A stretch of 63,343 nt of DNA, filler included, from Choristocarpus tenellus KU-1152 (Eukaryota > Protista > Phaeophyceae), in NCBI GenBank assembly GCA_964200185.2. It is 11 parts of 11 records of this genome, joined end to end, with 100 filler letters (N's around TTAATTAATTAA, not from the genome) between each part and the next. Parts side by side here need not be neighbours in the genome. Positions count along the whole stretch, not along the records: positions 22,836 to 27,929 come from CAXNAD020011895.1; positions 28,030 to 30,974 come from CAXNAD020023464.1; positions 31,075 to 34,129 come from CAXNAD020022639.1; positions 34,230 to 39,925 come from CAXNAD020009979.1; 7 more parts are not named here. One strand, written 5' to 3'. Positions 24,224 through 37,100 of this stretch are shown here, one piece after another. Position 1 is the stretch's first letter, and the number at the start of each line of letters is the position of its first letter. The translations under genes and the position numbers were made by a program. The notes below the pieces were generated by a model, which saw only the letters and a program-made list of their open reading frames with translations, had not been told where the DNA came from and did no database searches.

Positions 24224-27094
24224 ATGTTTTGCGCACGTGAGTTCCCCTATCACCCTCGTTACGTCATCTTTGATATTCTCTCTTCGTTCAATGTATGAAA
24301 TACCCGAATATCCTGTACTAGAAGGGGTGGAACCGTATACTACATGTTTTGTGTCAACACTGTAACCTTGATATTCTCCCAACCTTCTCCTCACAGTCTC
24401 AGGACAAGTGCCTGAGGTACCTGTGGTGTCCAAGAAATCAGGGCATCTGTTTGAGAGGCGGCTCATTTCGAAATATATCAATGCTGAGGGCAAGGTGCGA
24501 TGGTATCAGTTTTATCTCGTGTCTCGTGTCACCTCCCATGACCACCTAAAATCGCCTAAATATAGTCCCTAGGAGTCATACCTTATTTCCAACATTTTAA
24601 CAACTTATTTCCACTATCGAGTACTGTGTAATCTACTTCTCGTATAGCGGTTGTTATTGTCTCCCTGTTGTTGATCACATCATCAACGATCAAATTGAAG
24701 GAGGACAAAGCTTAGGGACGTCCATCCCCATCGTCCTATCTTTCCTTCCACAAATCCCTCCATTGACTATGACTTCCTCTACAGCGTACAATCCCCCCCT
24801 GCCCCTCCCCTGTCCATCATGCCCTAGTGTCACAGGAGTTCATTTACTTACTTTGTTGCCATCTTTTACTGTGCTTACAATGCTGGGGTGGTTTGTAAAG
24901 TGTCCAGTATCAGGGGAGGACTTGGGCATGGATGACCTACTGGATGTGAGGTCAGACAAGGCTGTCAGACCTCGACCGGCAGAGGCTACTTCTATCCCTG
25001 GTCTCCTGGCCCTCATGCAGGTCGGTGCATAGTTTTTAGCCTCCTTGCTTCTTGCTCTTGGTGATTGCTGTGGGTATCATAATTCGACATGCTACAGAAG
25101 AAACATATGAGACGTTTTACACCAATAGTGGGGTGGTGCGATGGAAAGGACAGTGGTTTTATTACTAGATATTGGCATACCGCAGAGCTTATGGCACATT
25201 TATGACGAGCTATAGTAGTAACAGCAATGTGCTGCCTGTGTGGAGCACAGGTCACACCGAACTTTTTTCAGAATGACTCTTTGGTCCACCCACTTCCTGA
25301 TTGATGCATCTACTCTTTCTTAGTTTTGCATTTTGCAGGGGCTATTGTGTCAACATTCGGCAATTGCACAACTCAAAAATGAACAGATATTTCCGTACCC
25401 TTTTGTCTTCTATTGTGGAAAAAAATACATGTTCTTCGAAAATAGCAGTTTCTCTTCGTCCTCAGCTCTACCCCCTTGCCCCCTGGACCCTACCCTCACT
25501 CCTCTCCTGGCTACCTTTGGTCGCACTGCTGGTATATTGCATATTCTTCAAATCAGAAGCAAGAGAAAGTATTCAACGGCAATGACGTTCCTCAAATACA
25601 TAACACCCCCCATTTCCTCTCTCTACCCCTTGGACTTGCCTGTGCTAACTCTCTCACATCATGGCAGAATGAGTGGGATGATCTCATGCTGGAAACACAC
25701 ACTCTTAAGCTGCACTTGGACCGGACAAGACAAGAGCTGAGTCAGGCTCTGTACCAGGTAAGGGTTTCCATCTGAATTTGGCATTCTTTTGGGGTCAGGT
25801 GTAGGTGGGTAGGTGCAGGGTATATCATGTTGTTGCTAACTAATGACAGATTGAGGTGCTCGGGCATTTAAAACTTGTTGGCCAGGCTGTTCTGTCTTTG
25901 TGGGGGGCATTGGGTTCGGGTTACGGTTGAATGTGTTTTTTGCTGTTGACTGAGGTGTTGTAAATCTGTGATCTGGCCGTGGACCTGGCAAGGGACATGA
26001 GGAGAAGAGTAGGTTGAAGGTGGGAGAGGTGATGGAAGTGCACCAAGCGTGGAGCACAACTTCATTAGGCCAGGAACCCAAGGCTGGACTCTCAGTTGAA
26101 GGCAGGAATGTGTGTGTGTGAAAGTGCTTGTCCAAGGTTGGAGCATGGTGCAAGGAGGGCAGTCTTGATGTGTTTGGTGATCATGTGTGAGGGACTGGTG
26201 TGTATCACAGATTACAAGACCTTTTGTGCCATCAGCAGGCAGCTGTCTCTCTGCTGGGTCTGCTGGACCACTTGATGCCAATTGGTAGAGGCCTGTCTGT
26301 GGAGTCATTGTAGTGCCAGCTCTGTGTTTTATAGTGTCAAGGTGTTGATACCTCTGTAGCTTGGTCTGTAGCTCTTGTGCTTTGCTGGGAAATTTTTTGA
26401 GCTGCTTTTGTAGTTCAAGTAGCATTGTTACCGGTAGATTTGTGTGACAGATCTATGTGATGGTGGTGTGTGGATTGCTTTATGATTCTTCAACCCGCTG
26501 GAACCTGTGGTTTGTATAGTCAGACAGTATCACTCGACAGGGGTGGCCTGTCCAGCAAACAATCTGTTATGTGTGTATGAGTTGGACATAAAAGGCTTTC
26601 TGCAGTCGACCTTTTCAAGGTCACTGCCGTGAATGGAGGAGGGAGGTGGGGGGTAAGGTGTGTACTAAGAATCCTTGCATGTTCCTTGAGGACTTTGTTT
26701 TTTATGTGTGCATTTGTTTCCGTTCAATTGGCAGGCGTATGGTGTCCTCTGTTGCGTCGTTTTTGTGGTGCTGTTGTAGGCAATCTGCACTCGAAGGGAG
26801 ACAGACGCCTGTTGGAATATAGAGCGTGGCTGAAACTGTCACTTCGCTACGAGAATTAAAAAAAAAAAAACTTTTTCTGAACCAATTATCATTGTTTCAC
26901 ACCTCCCTTTCCCCTCTGTGCCTCAATTCCCCAACTTGTTTTCTTCTGAAAAAAAAAAAAGAATGATGCTGCATGTCGTGTGATTGCACGACTTGTCCGG
27001 GAGAGGGATGAGGCCAGGGCACAGATGCAGGCGCAGAGGGTAGCCCTCGCACAGGCGCAGGCTGCGGTTCCTGCTCCGCCGGCACCAGTGGAAG
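24224..27094 (+). CDS. PRP19: Pre-mRNA processing factor 19 (U-box and coiled coil), 5' part
   Basis: Exons 24224-24236, 24397-24494, 24901-25020, 25668-25757 and 26962-27094 give [66 protein letters not shown]. Confidence 0.95.
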
Positions 27095-27583
27095 GTAAGC
27101 CACGGATTCGCTTGTTGACTAAGGGAGAGGTTTGAGAGGGGGGAGAGAGTAGTAATGTGTTGTGTGTGAGATTTCATGCTGTCATTGTGCTGTGGAGTCT
27201 ATGGGTATTGGGGTTTCTCAACCGATGGAGGGTGGTTGCTTTAGTTGGGAAGGTATTTTGTCGTGGTTAGAACCCTCTTTTTTTGTATACTAGTGTATTT
27301 ATGTATTTATTTACTTGCATGGCATGAATCTGTAGTGGAAGACAGAAAGCCGTGACTGGTGTGTGTGTGTGTGTGTTTGTGTGTATTTTGTTCTTCTCAG
27401 ACTCTGTTTGAATTTTTGTTTATTATTTTGTAGTCAGTGTTTGTGGATTGAGCTTTCGGTGTAGATTTTATTTTTGAAAGGATAGTTCAAAATGCTGCTA
27501 CTCTGAATAGTATTAACAATACTATTGATTTGAAGTTGTTGAAATGGATGCAATTACAGTCTCTCGCAGTGTTTAAGGACGAG

Positions 27584-27585
<2 letters not shown>

Positions 27586-27634
<49 letters not shown>

Positions 27635-27654
27635 TATTGTAACCTGTAGATTTG

Positions 27655-27729
<75 letters not shown>
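27586..27729. repeat. Adjacent (CT)n and (CA)n microsatellites
   Basis: Seen directly in the sequence. Confidence 0.95.
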
Positions 27730-27732
<3 letters not shown>

Positions 27733-28856
27733 GGAGGTGGCAAGCTATGTCTCTCTAACATTTTTTTGTGCAGTTGTGGTTAGGTTGCAGGAGTGATGTA
27801 TAGCAGTGGAAGACGGATGTATCTATATCCACAATATACGTACATGCGTAATAAAGTTGATTGAAGATGACTTGCTGGTATATTTTTTCGTTATAGTCAG
27901 TTGGTCGTTGTACCCTCCCCCCCCCCCCCNNNNNNNNNNNNNNNNNNNNNNNNNNNNNNNNNNNNNNNNNNNNTTAATTAATTAANNNNNNNNNNNNNNN
28001 NNNNNNNNNNNNNNNNNNNNNNNNNNNNNATTGGATTTTGGCCCCCAAATGGACGCGGCTCTACCCTCTAAGATATTTTGGCTCAAGTACATACGCTAGA
28101 TGCAGACTATGCAATATTCCACAAAAAAAAAAAAAAACTCCACAACTAAAGACACTCGAATATGCATTTTCCCCAACATTTTCATACCATTTTCCAACAC
28201 TATACAAGGGCCCATTTGGACGTCCCAGTGCAGACCATCCCCCTCCCTAAGATACTTTGACCCTTTAAGGTTATGCCCCTTCTCTGTTTTCTGTTTGAAC
28301 ATTTCGGATTTCGGAGTAGATAAAATGTATAGGACCGTGAAAAGTGTGTCCAGAGCAATGATATTGACACTTGCTAACAAATACAGTAGCCAAAGTTCAT
28401 CAAAATCGCAACTTTGGATTTATTACTCCGAACGGACACGGCCCTACCCTCTTTTAGATGCTTCGATTCTGTTGTCCTTCACCGTACTACTGGTTCGTGG
28501 CCTTGGACATCATCTGTACTCAACATCTGCACTAGCCTCTTTGGACTGGATCACCGTGATCTCCCATTAACCTCATCTGGTCAACAGCGATTCCCGTACA
28601 CCTCTCAGGATGGCAGGCTTTCTGTATTTTTTTATTTTACGTTGTGTCTACCAGCCTCAGATACTCAGTGCCCTCCACCCGCTCCGCCTGTCCAAGTGAT
28701 TCCATACTCCTCTGACACGCTCACCTTGCCCACCCCCACTAACGGGACATGCTGCACCTGGAGCCTATCCCTCCCTACCAATGATCATCCTGAACCGTTG
28801 CCCAACCATAGCTCCACCCTCACCACCACCAACCACTCCCTACTAGCACTTTCAGT

Positions 28857-29003
28857 CTCTACTCAGAGCACGTTGAAAAATTTCCTAAGCCTCTATTCAG
28901 AGCACCTTGACCATTGCCGCACAAGCCTCTACTCAGAGCACCCCCATTACCTTTAGACCCTATTCAGATATTCCTTACCACAAACCTCTTCTTAGAGCAC
29001 CTT
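28857..29003 (+). repeat. Degenerate minisatellite with core CTCTACTCAGAGCAC
   Basis: The core recurs 4-5 times at ~27-36 bp spacing, with another copy near 29487. Confidence 0.65.
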
Positions 29004-30144
29004 ACTCATTCCCGCCACCTACCCACTGGAGTCTACGTCATGTTAAAGCATAGGCTACTCATCTTTTGTGTACTCGATATGATACAGTATCACCAGCTCA
29101 TACTCACTGTTGATTCGCATATCAGTACTGGTCGTTAGTAACATTTACATCATTAGCACTTTATCATAGCATCACCAATTACTGTTAGAATATCATGGTC
29201 CATAGAAAGTGTGGAACAGTCGACATCTGTCAAACATACAAGCATGGTATCTGCCATATGAATTGTCCCAGATATTGATTAAAGTTTGTTTCTTTGTTAT
29301 TCTTTTGATATTCAAACCAGAGCCATCAGTTGCATCTCGTATGTTGATTTTTTTTCTGGCTGGCGTTGCCCCCTTCTAAGACATCAAGCTCACTCTGCAC
29401 CAAGCGTACCTCTACACAACAGGATGTAATATATTCAGAGTTAAAACATCTTCATAAACCGTTCTTCACAAGGTGCCAACCAAGCTTCTACTCAGAGCAT
29501 GTACTTCTTCCACAACATCATACCAAATAACCTCTGACTATGTAGGTCATGTTACTAGGTTCATTAGCCCGAATCCACCGGTGCTTCATTGTAGTATGAC
29601 ACCCCTTCATCAATACCAACCTGAAACCGTACAAGGGCACGATTCATTCAATCCCAGGTTTCAACATGTAGCTCCTTTCCTTGGGTACATGGACAACACC
29701 ATCCTCATCGCCCCACAAGCCCTGCCCCACCTGTCCAGTCACCTGGTTACCATTGTACAACCAACGTGTATAGCCTGTTCACCTGGCCCACCTGAATAAT
29801 ATCTTCGGTAGTTCACAGCAGTAACAACGAGCAAGTGACGCATGAATTGACCGAGACCCCTAACGGGTACGGCCTAAATACCTTCAACTTTATTTAATTA
29901 CACACATCATCACCAGCTTCTGACTCTTAATATAGTGATTTCTTTGTATTACCCCAGTATATATTTCTTTCTTGTGGTGAAGTCCATCAGGATTTACATC
30001 ATGTGTCTTGTTTTATTTTTCTCTCTGTCGTTTGATAATTTCGTTCTAGGCTGCGACTCTCCTTCTTAATGCACCTGTTTATTCTCTTCCGCAGGCGTAC
30101 GCCACTCCTTCACCAGTGTTACACTTCTTTCAATCGAGGGAGGG

Positions 30145-30364
30145 TGTTAAAAAATAGGCCACTCCTCTCATAGTTCCTAGATACTGTACAGCACTACCAT
30201 TGGCAGCGTTAACTGTTGATTGACCCACTAGTCCTGGTCGCTCAGTGTGTAAGCAGCTAGATCACACATGTACTGCTCTACGTTGTATGTGTACATGACT
30301 CACGATTACGTTACAGGTAAACATAGATTAGTTGATTCCTTGAGTTCACAAAGATTCTTCAACA
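30145..30364 (+). mobile_element. Probable LTR preceded by a polypurine tract
   Basis: GAGGGAGGG is followed directly by TGTTAA, and the segment ends TTCAACA. Confidence 0.45.
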
Positions 30365-32057
30365 TAAAACTAATCATGTACCAAACATGTATGACTCAAA
30401 AATAGACCGAAGTTTCTTTTATTTTTTCTCACACAAGATATAACAGCAGTGTATGTTTTATATTTTTCTTTGGTTAGAATTGCCCCCAATTAGACTCTAA
30501 ATTAACTCAGCGCTAAGTGTACCTCCACACACCAAAGGGTGAGTAATATGCAGAGTTAACACATCCACAACCTTCTTTACAAGGTATTAGCAAGTCTCTA
30601 CACAGAATATGTATCGCTTCCTTTGAATGCACCGAAGGAACAGCATATCACATCACAGTATTCAACCTGCATTTATGCAGAGCATGTCACAAGATTTGTC
30701 GTGTTGAATTCACCAGTACTTCAATACACCATGTCTTCCCTTGGCTCAAAGTATCTGGGGGGGGGTGTTGGCGTCCGTTTTTCACCCTTTTTTCGATTTT
30801 TTGGTGTGATTTGATTGCACGTGTCGGATTTGAAATGCCGGCAAAAAAACAGTTATTTGACCGAAACGGACGCCCCCTCACAAACCACCCCCCCCCCCCG
30901 ACACCTTCACCCCCCCTCCCCTCACACCCCCCCCCCCCCCACCCCACACCCCCCAAACCCCCAAACCTCCATGANNNNNNNNNNNNNNNNNNNNNNNNNN
31001 NNNNNNNNNNNNNNNNNNTTAATTAATTAANNNNNNNNNNNNNNNNNNNNNNNNNNNNNNNNNNNNNNNNNNNNGGGCTTGAAGAAGGGAGCCCACCGGG
31101 ATATGGTTTTTTTTTTTGTCCTTTTTGAATTTGAAATTTTGTTTTTTGAAGAGATCTCGATGTGTTTTTAAACATTTTTTAACATTTTATTTCTTGCAAA
31201 CTTGTGTGTGGTATGCCTGCCTTCCTGCCTGCCTGTCTTCTGATAGGTATTGAACTTGTGTGTTGAAAAGTGCAGCTGCTGGGTATGCTCGTGATTTTGA
31301 CTATATACCTCTGTGCACGGTGATCGTTGTTGTTTGGAAGGCGGCAGTGGTGCTCTTGTGTGATTGTAGGCGACTGTCTATCTGTCCGTTAGTTTCGATT
31401 CTTTTTTTCTAACGGAATTTTTGTATGGTTTAATTTTTTTATTTCTGTTAAGTTTTGTTTGTGTGTAAGTTAAGTTGTATGATTGTAGGTGTTACATCTG
31501 CGTGTGCAACTCCAAATTCCAAGCGATCGTGCTTTGAAATACAGAGTAAATAGTGTGCTTGTGTGGAAGAGTGGGCACTACGACAATGCCTGAGATAGGA
31601 ATGCCTTCTCGGATTGCATAAACGTTTATGCCTGGAAGGATTTTTTGTGGTGAGAGTGCAGCACCTGAAGTAGTTTATGTCTTGTGGTGGCGAAAATCCT
31701 TGATCTGAAGAGATTGCTGCTGCTATCACTAAGACAAGGTTACTACTATTAGTAGTACTAGTGTGATGCCCTCATCATGCTTCCAAACTTTTGAACAGAC
31801 TGCCCTGCGTTGTTGAACAACATCGGTAGACAAACGTTTGTCAGCGCAGACCCTCACCTGCCTGGTTGTCGCCTCCCTGACACAACCCCTGTCCCCCATC
31901 ACGGCCGGGTCACAGTTTTTGGGGGGGGTTCAAAAAGGTTTCGGGATGGGAGGCAAGGGGGTTGCCGCACAGCACAGCCTGGTCGTTTTTTATTATTGTT
32001 GTGGCGTTGCTGAGTGAGATTTTCTTCAGTGCATAGCATCTCACCTCACACATACAC

Positions 32058-32096
<39 letters not shown>

Positions 32097-32206
32097 GCAC
32101 GCATAGATATGCTGTCACTGTCACTTGTCATTGTCACTTGTCACTGCCCCCTATTAGTAGTGCTCACCCTTCCAAGTACCTGCTGCTGTGCACAATTGGT
32201 CTGTAG

Positions 32207-34129
32207 GCAGCGCTTAAGATGGGGCGCCCGACGACGAAGTGTTGTGTGTTTGACTGCAGAGAGGATGGGATGATCAAGGCCCACGAGGCAGAAATGAGGG
32301 GGATTTGCCAAACAAGTGAGAGGCGTTGGCGGTTAGGCCTGTTGTTTTGTCTTCCTCTCCACTCCCCCCTCGAGAGGACTTTCTTTGTTCGATTGACAGT
32401 GCCCGTGATTGTTGATTGGTTGATATGTTGATACGCCTTTTTCTGTCTTCACTGAGGTTGTCCTTGTTCTTTTGGTGGGGTTGAAATGAGTGCGGTACCT
32501 GCCTGCCTGCCTGTGTTTGGTTTTAGGGTTAGGGTTAGGGTTAGGGTTGAGTTCAAGGCATCGTTACATGATTTAAGTACACGTACATACATGTGTGTGT
32601 GTGTGTGTGTGCTTTTTCTGCTGTCTCATCAGGCTCCACAAGCACCCATGATCCATCTTCTTGTTCTTGCTTCCTCACCGAGATCCCTTCAAGCACACAA
32701 ACATGCCACTGCCCTATACGTCCCTCACTTACTACACTCTCCCTACCAACCCCATCCCCAACCCCCCCTTAATTGTGCCTGCATTTTATGTTTAGGTGTA
32801 CTTCCAGCGTGGGAACTGCACGTGGCAGACCTTGCAGTGGACTACTTTGATTCACTGACCTTCATGGACTTCCGGCAATGTTTTGCAGACCGTGAGCTGG
32901 AGACAGGACAGCCTGATACCCAAGTGGAGGTCAGTCTGGTTTCACTACACAACACAATGAAAATGTTTAATTGTGTGGTTATTATTATTAGTATTAGTAT
33001 TATTTAAACCGCAGACTTACTGTGTTCCGCCGTTTGTGCTGCCAGTTTAGGTTAGCTTTGTTTGTCCCCCATGTACTGGTGAACTTTGCAGACTGTTGGT
33101 AGTAGTACTGGTACTAGTGTTACCTTGTGGGGAAAGCAGTGTTTATTATTTTTTGTAAGTTTCATTATTGTTGTTTTCAGTGATAAGATGGATCGCACAT
33201 TGAAAATGTAGTGATTGCTTCTTTTTGTAAATGAGTAAAACTACTGCTGAAGGGTATGTGTGAGATGAAAAACAACCCCCCCCCCCCCCCTCCCTCCCCT
33301 CTTTCATTGCATTGCATTGTTAGTATATCCAGTATAAAGACGCACGTGTTCACATATGTGCGTCTATTTTTTTTTTCAGTGGTGAAGTGGTTGACAATTT
33401 TGTAGCTGTGTGTGTAGTAACAATGAATAATAATAATAATAATAATATTGAATACAGGAGCGTTCATCAGAGGAAGTTGTTCTTTCACAAGCTACTCTTA
33501 TTCTCAGTCATATCCAGTGCCTATCTATGTCTTGGATGGCGATGTTGCATTGCATTTGCGGTATGACAGTGTGATGGCGTGCGTGCTTGCGTTTGATTCT
33601 TTAGAGGAGAATAAGAAAGTGTTTTGAACCCTCGGCCTTGTGCAAGAATGAACTGTGGTAGTGATATTGACTAGTAGTACCACACCTCCTGAGGTGCATT
33701 ACAGTCACAAAACGTTTGTCCATGGTGAAAACATCACCATTGTTAGCTCTTGAATCTAGCGGCCATTGAGTGTGCATTCGAAAGCAACAACTATTTTTAT
33801 ATTTTTCTCTTCTGAAAACGCCTTCCCCTTCTGTGTGTGCGAGTGTGTGTGTGTGTGGAGGGGGGGGGGGGTGGACCTTGAGTTTTTGTTGGCTCTATAA
33901 ACTTTACTCTTCTTTTTCTCTTATTTGTGTATCGTGTATCATGTACCTATGGATGGACCCATTGACCAATCACTACCCGGTTCTGTTGTGTTTGGCTTCA
34001 GCTCTTTACTATCCCTAAAACTGGAACAACTGAGACAAGGGCGGCATCGAGGTGGGCAGATGACTACAGGGATAGTGGTATGGGTGGGCCGGAAACTTTG
34101 ACAGACGGTGATGGTGGGGGAGGAAATGG
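32207..34129 (+). CDS. HAD-IA family phosphatase (CbbY/beta-PGM/PyrP2-like), C-terminal exons
   Basis: In-phase exons 32207-32315, 32796-32929 and probably 34002-end give AALKMGRPTTKCCVFDCREDGMIKAHEAEMRGICQTSVLPAWELHVADLAVDYFDSL, matching the CxVF....AAH.A.M....YEL..ADL.V pattern. Confidence 0.7.
32523..32548 (+). repeat. Interstitial telomere-type (TTAGGG)4
   Basis: ttagggttagggttagggttagggtt inside an intron. Confidence 0.8.
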
Positions 34130-37100
34130 NNNNNNNNNNNNNNNNNNNNNNNNNNNNNNNNNNNNNNNNNNNNTTAATTAATTAANNNNNNNNNNNNNNN
34201 NNNNNNNNNNNNNNNNNNNNNNNNNNNNNCAAACAAGCAGATGGGATTTTGAGCTCTTTCGCTTTCGTCAGGTATACCTGGGTGGACTGAGGCCCCCCTC
34301 GTCTCCACTTTTGGAAATTCACCCTGATGCTGTCACACTCAGTCTTATCAACAAGCACGTGTGTCTTTGTTTGTAGGAGGTGTGAGATCGGTTCGTCTTT
34401 CAATCATGCAAGCTAGGAGGGGGACCTCTAGATGAAGAAAGAGTGAAGGTTCACACAATGGACCTCGGGGAGTGTCCTTGTCACACATCCGGCCATGAAT
34501 TGTATTATCATGCGCACTCGCCACTGACATTGTACCGATGATAGACGTTGTTTACCAATGATAGATGTTACCCTAGATGGTGGGAACAAGAAGCACCATA
34601 CTCCGGAGCATGATGATAGAAAAGTGTCTTTCACATTTACGACAACTCTTACTTTTCTTACTTTTAGGGGTTGTTCTGACATTTGAATGGTTTTTCATGG
34701 TTTGGTTTTCCCCTGATACATCTGGAAAATGTCAGAGGACATAATAATAATACACAAGCCATTCTGTAATTTTTGTTCTACTCTTTTGGGGTTGAATAGT
34801 CCTCTTTCCTACTTATGGTACGCACTATGACTGGAGTTTTGCGGTGCCTCTCACTACACCTCGTTCTCATCGTTCCTCTCCGGTTTCTTGGTTTCTTTCT
34901 CAAAACATATTTGCTATTCATACTATTATTATTCTTTTTTTCTTCTCAATCACAGTCTTCACACATGGGACATTTCGTATCCGATTTGTGGCATATAAAT
35001 CAATTTCTCACAAATCACTGACCCTTCCTGTCATAAACCTGAGCTATGTATGTGGTGGAACATCTTTATACATAACAGATTTAGAAGTTGATTTTTTGTA
35101 CCTGTGGATAATCATTCTTACCCTTTCATACTTCTGATGGCGTTGTGAGACAAATGCTCGGACAATATGATGAGATGTTGACGAATAAGCACACCGTTGT
35201 TTGTACAACTTAATTATTTTGCCCTCTAGCACTTTGGAGATGTGTGAGGGGAAAGGTCAACCAATACGAAGAGGACGCCCATAAAGGTAACATGGTCGCA
35301 TATGCGAAAATAATCAAATCGGTAGAGAGGTAGGCAGGTTTGGCTCTTCCGCATTCTCAGTCATGTTTCTTACCCGGTGCAATACCCTCTACTCCCATTG
35401 TTTTATGTACACAATAGTGTACGCAAAATTGATATTCCCCCTTTCCACACACAAAGTGACACCACAATCAAGCCAAGGTTTCTTCTGCAATTGTTCTCGG
35501 GATCCATATGGCTCAAAATATTTCTCAAAGAATATTGTGGAGGGATCCAAGTCTAAGTATTTGTACCAAGGAACCGATTATGTTTCATAGACAGCGGAGT
35601 GCTACGTCAAATATATCAATTTTTATGCCCTCTGATATTTTGGAGATTTGTCAGGCGAAAAGTCAAACCAATATCACAAGGACACCTTTAAAGTATTCAT
35701 ACACATTTAGTAGATGGGGGAGCGGCAAGACAAAGATTGGTACAAGCTATGTAGTACGCAGATACAAGAAAATAGTCCGAGAGAAATGTGGGATTTTGCC
35801 TGTCCCACCGTTTGAAAGACTGGACCACCTTCGTACATGAATCATGGAGTGCTGATCTTTCTGTGAACTTTGCACCGTGCCCAATACAACCAAGAAGGGA
35901 ATCTAGGGTTCCCACAAACAGAACGGCTTGGTCCTCGGAACCCCCCCAAAACATTCACCTTGTTACAGCACTCGGTTTTGTGATGTACCTTTGCTGCGAC
36001 ACGTCCGTTTGTGCAAACTCAAGAAGCACTACTGACACAAAGACATGACATAGAAACCTTTATATGTGACCATCATGCAACACGCGAAGTACCTTAATGC
36101 AACCACAACATCTGGCCTGATGACGTGGACTCGGTGCTAGATGCCTAGCGGATGCCTTTTGTGAGGAGATCCTTTATTTCTTTATCATCCTTTGCCAAGC
36201 AATGATACCATGAGACTTTTAGATATAATATGTAGTTGACCTTCTCAGTGTTGTTTATTGACGATATTTCGAGTTTTCCACACTACTGTTTCATCTCTTC
36301 TCCTCTTGGTTTTGAGCTTGGTACTTTGAAGTAGAGCCCTGCCCATGTAGGACACACAAATACTCCTCGGTGTTGAGCCGTGACCACTGTGTTGTTTGCT
36401 GCAGGTTGTGCTACAAGCAACATTGCAAACTAAGTTGCAGTATGTGACTATTTCAATATCAATTTTTTTTAATGATGAAGTATTGGGTGTGTTGTATTCC
36501 TTTCATTTTGATACCTACTTTCCTTGGAATAGCTTTGCATGGTACATTATCAAACAGTTGAAGCTTTGATCCATCCAATGCCGTGAGATTTCTTCATTTA
36601 CTATTTTTATGTCTTTGGAGACAGAGGAAGAGGCCCAAGGAGGAAAGAGGCGGCCTGGGACTGATACCCTAGAATAGTCTACTCGCAGCAACACTTGGCC
36701 TTTGTTATTGGAGACAGGGCTCGTGACAAACTCGATTTTTTGTATATTGTTCTGGTTCTACCATTGATAGTGCTACAGCTATTGTTGAGCTTGTACCTGT
36801 GAATGATTGGAAATGCATGAGGTAATGATATAAGATGCCACAGGCCGATTCCAAAGCAGTGTCCTAATAAATGCAGGAAGTAACTCATGGTGTGTTTGTT
36901 CTTTTCACCTGCCTCTTCTTATTACAAACCAAGTAGGGTGGGGATGCAAGTACAGTTGGGTAGACCATGGGAAAAGCGTGTGAGGTGGTCTAGCTGAAAA
37001 GGAAAAACATCACTCAACTCAAGTTTTCCCTTCAGAAATCTATGTGGGTCCTTAGTTTGAAGTAATACATGTACTCCAGTATTGGTTAGTTTATTTGTGC

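Noticed and set aside
28857-29003. CRISPR array
   Set aside because: The repeat is only ~15 nt and degenerate, the spacers are short, there are no cas genes, and the context is eukaryotic.
32523-32548. True chromosome end
   Set aside because: There are only four TTAGGG units and they lie inside an intron.
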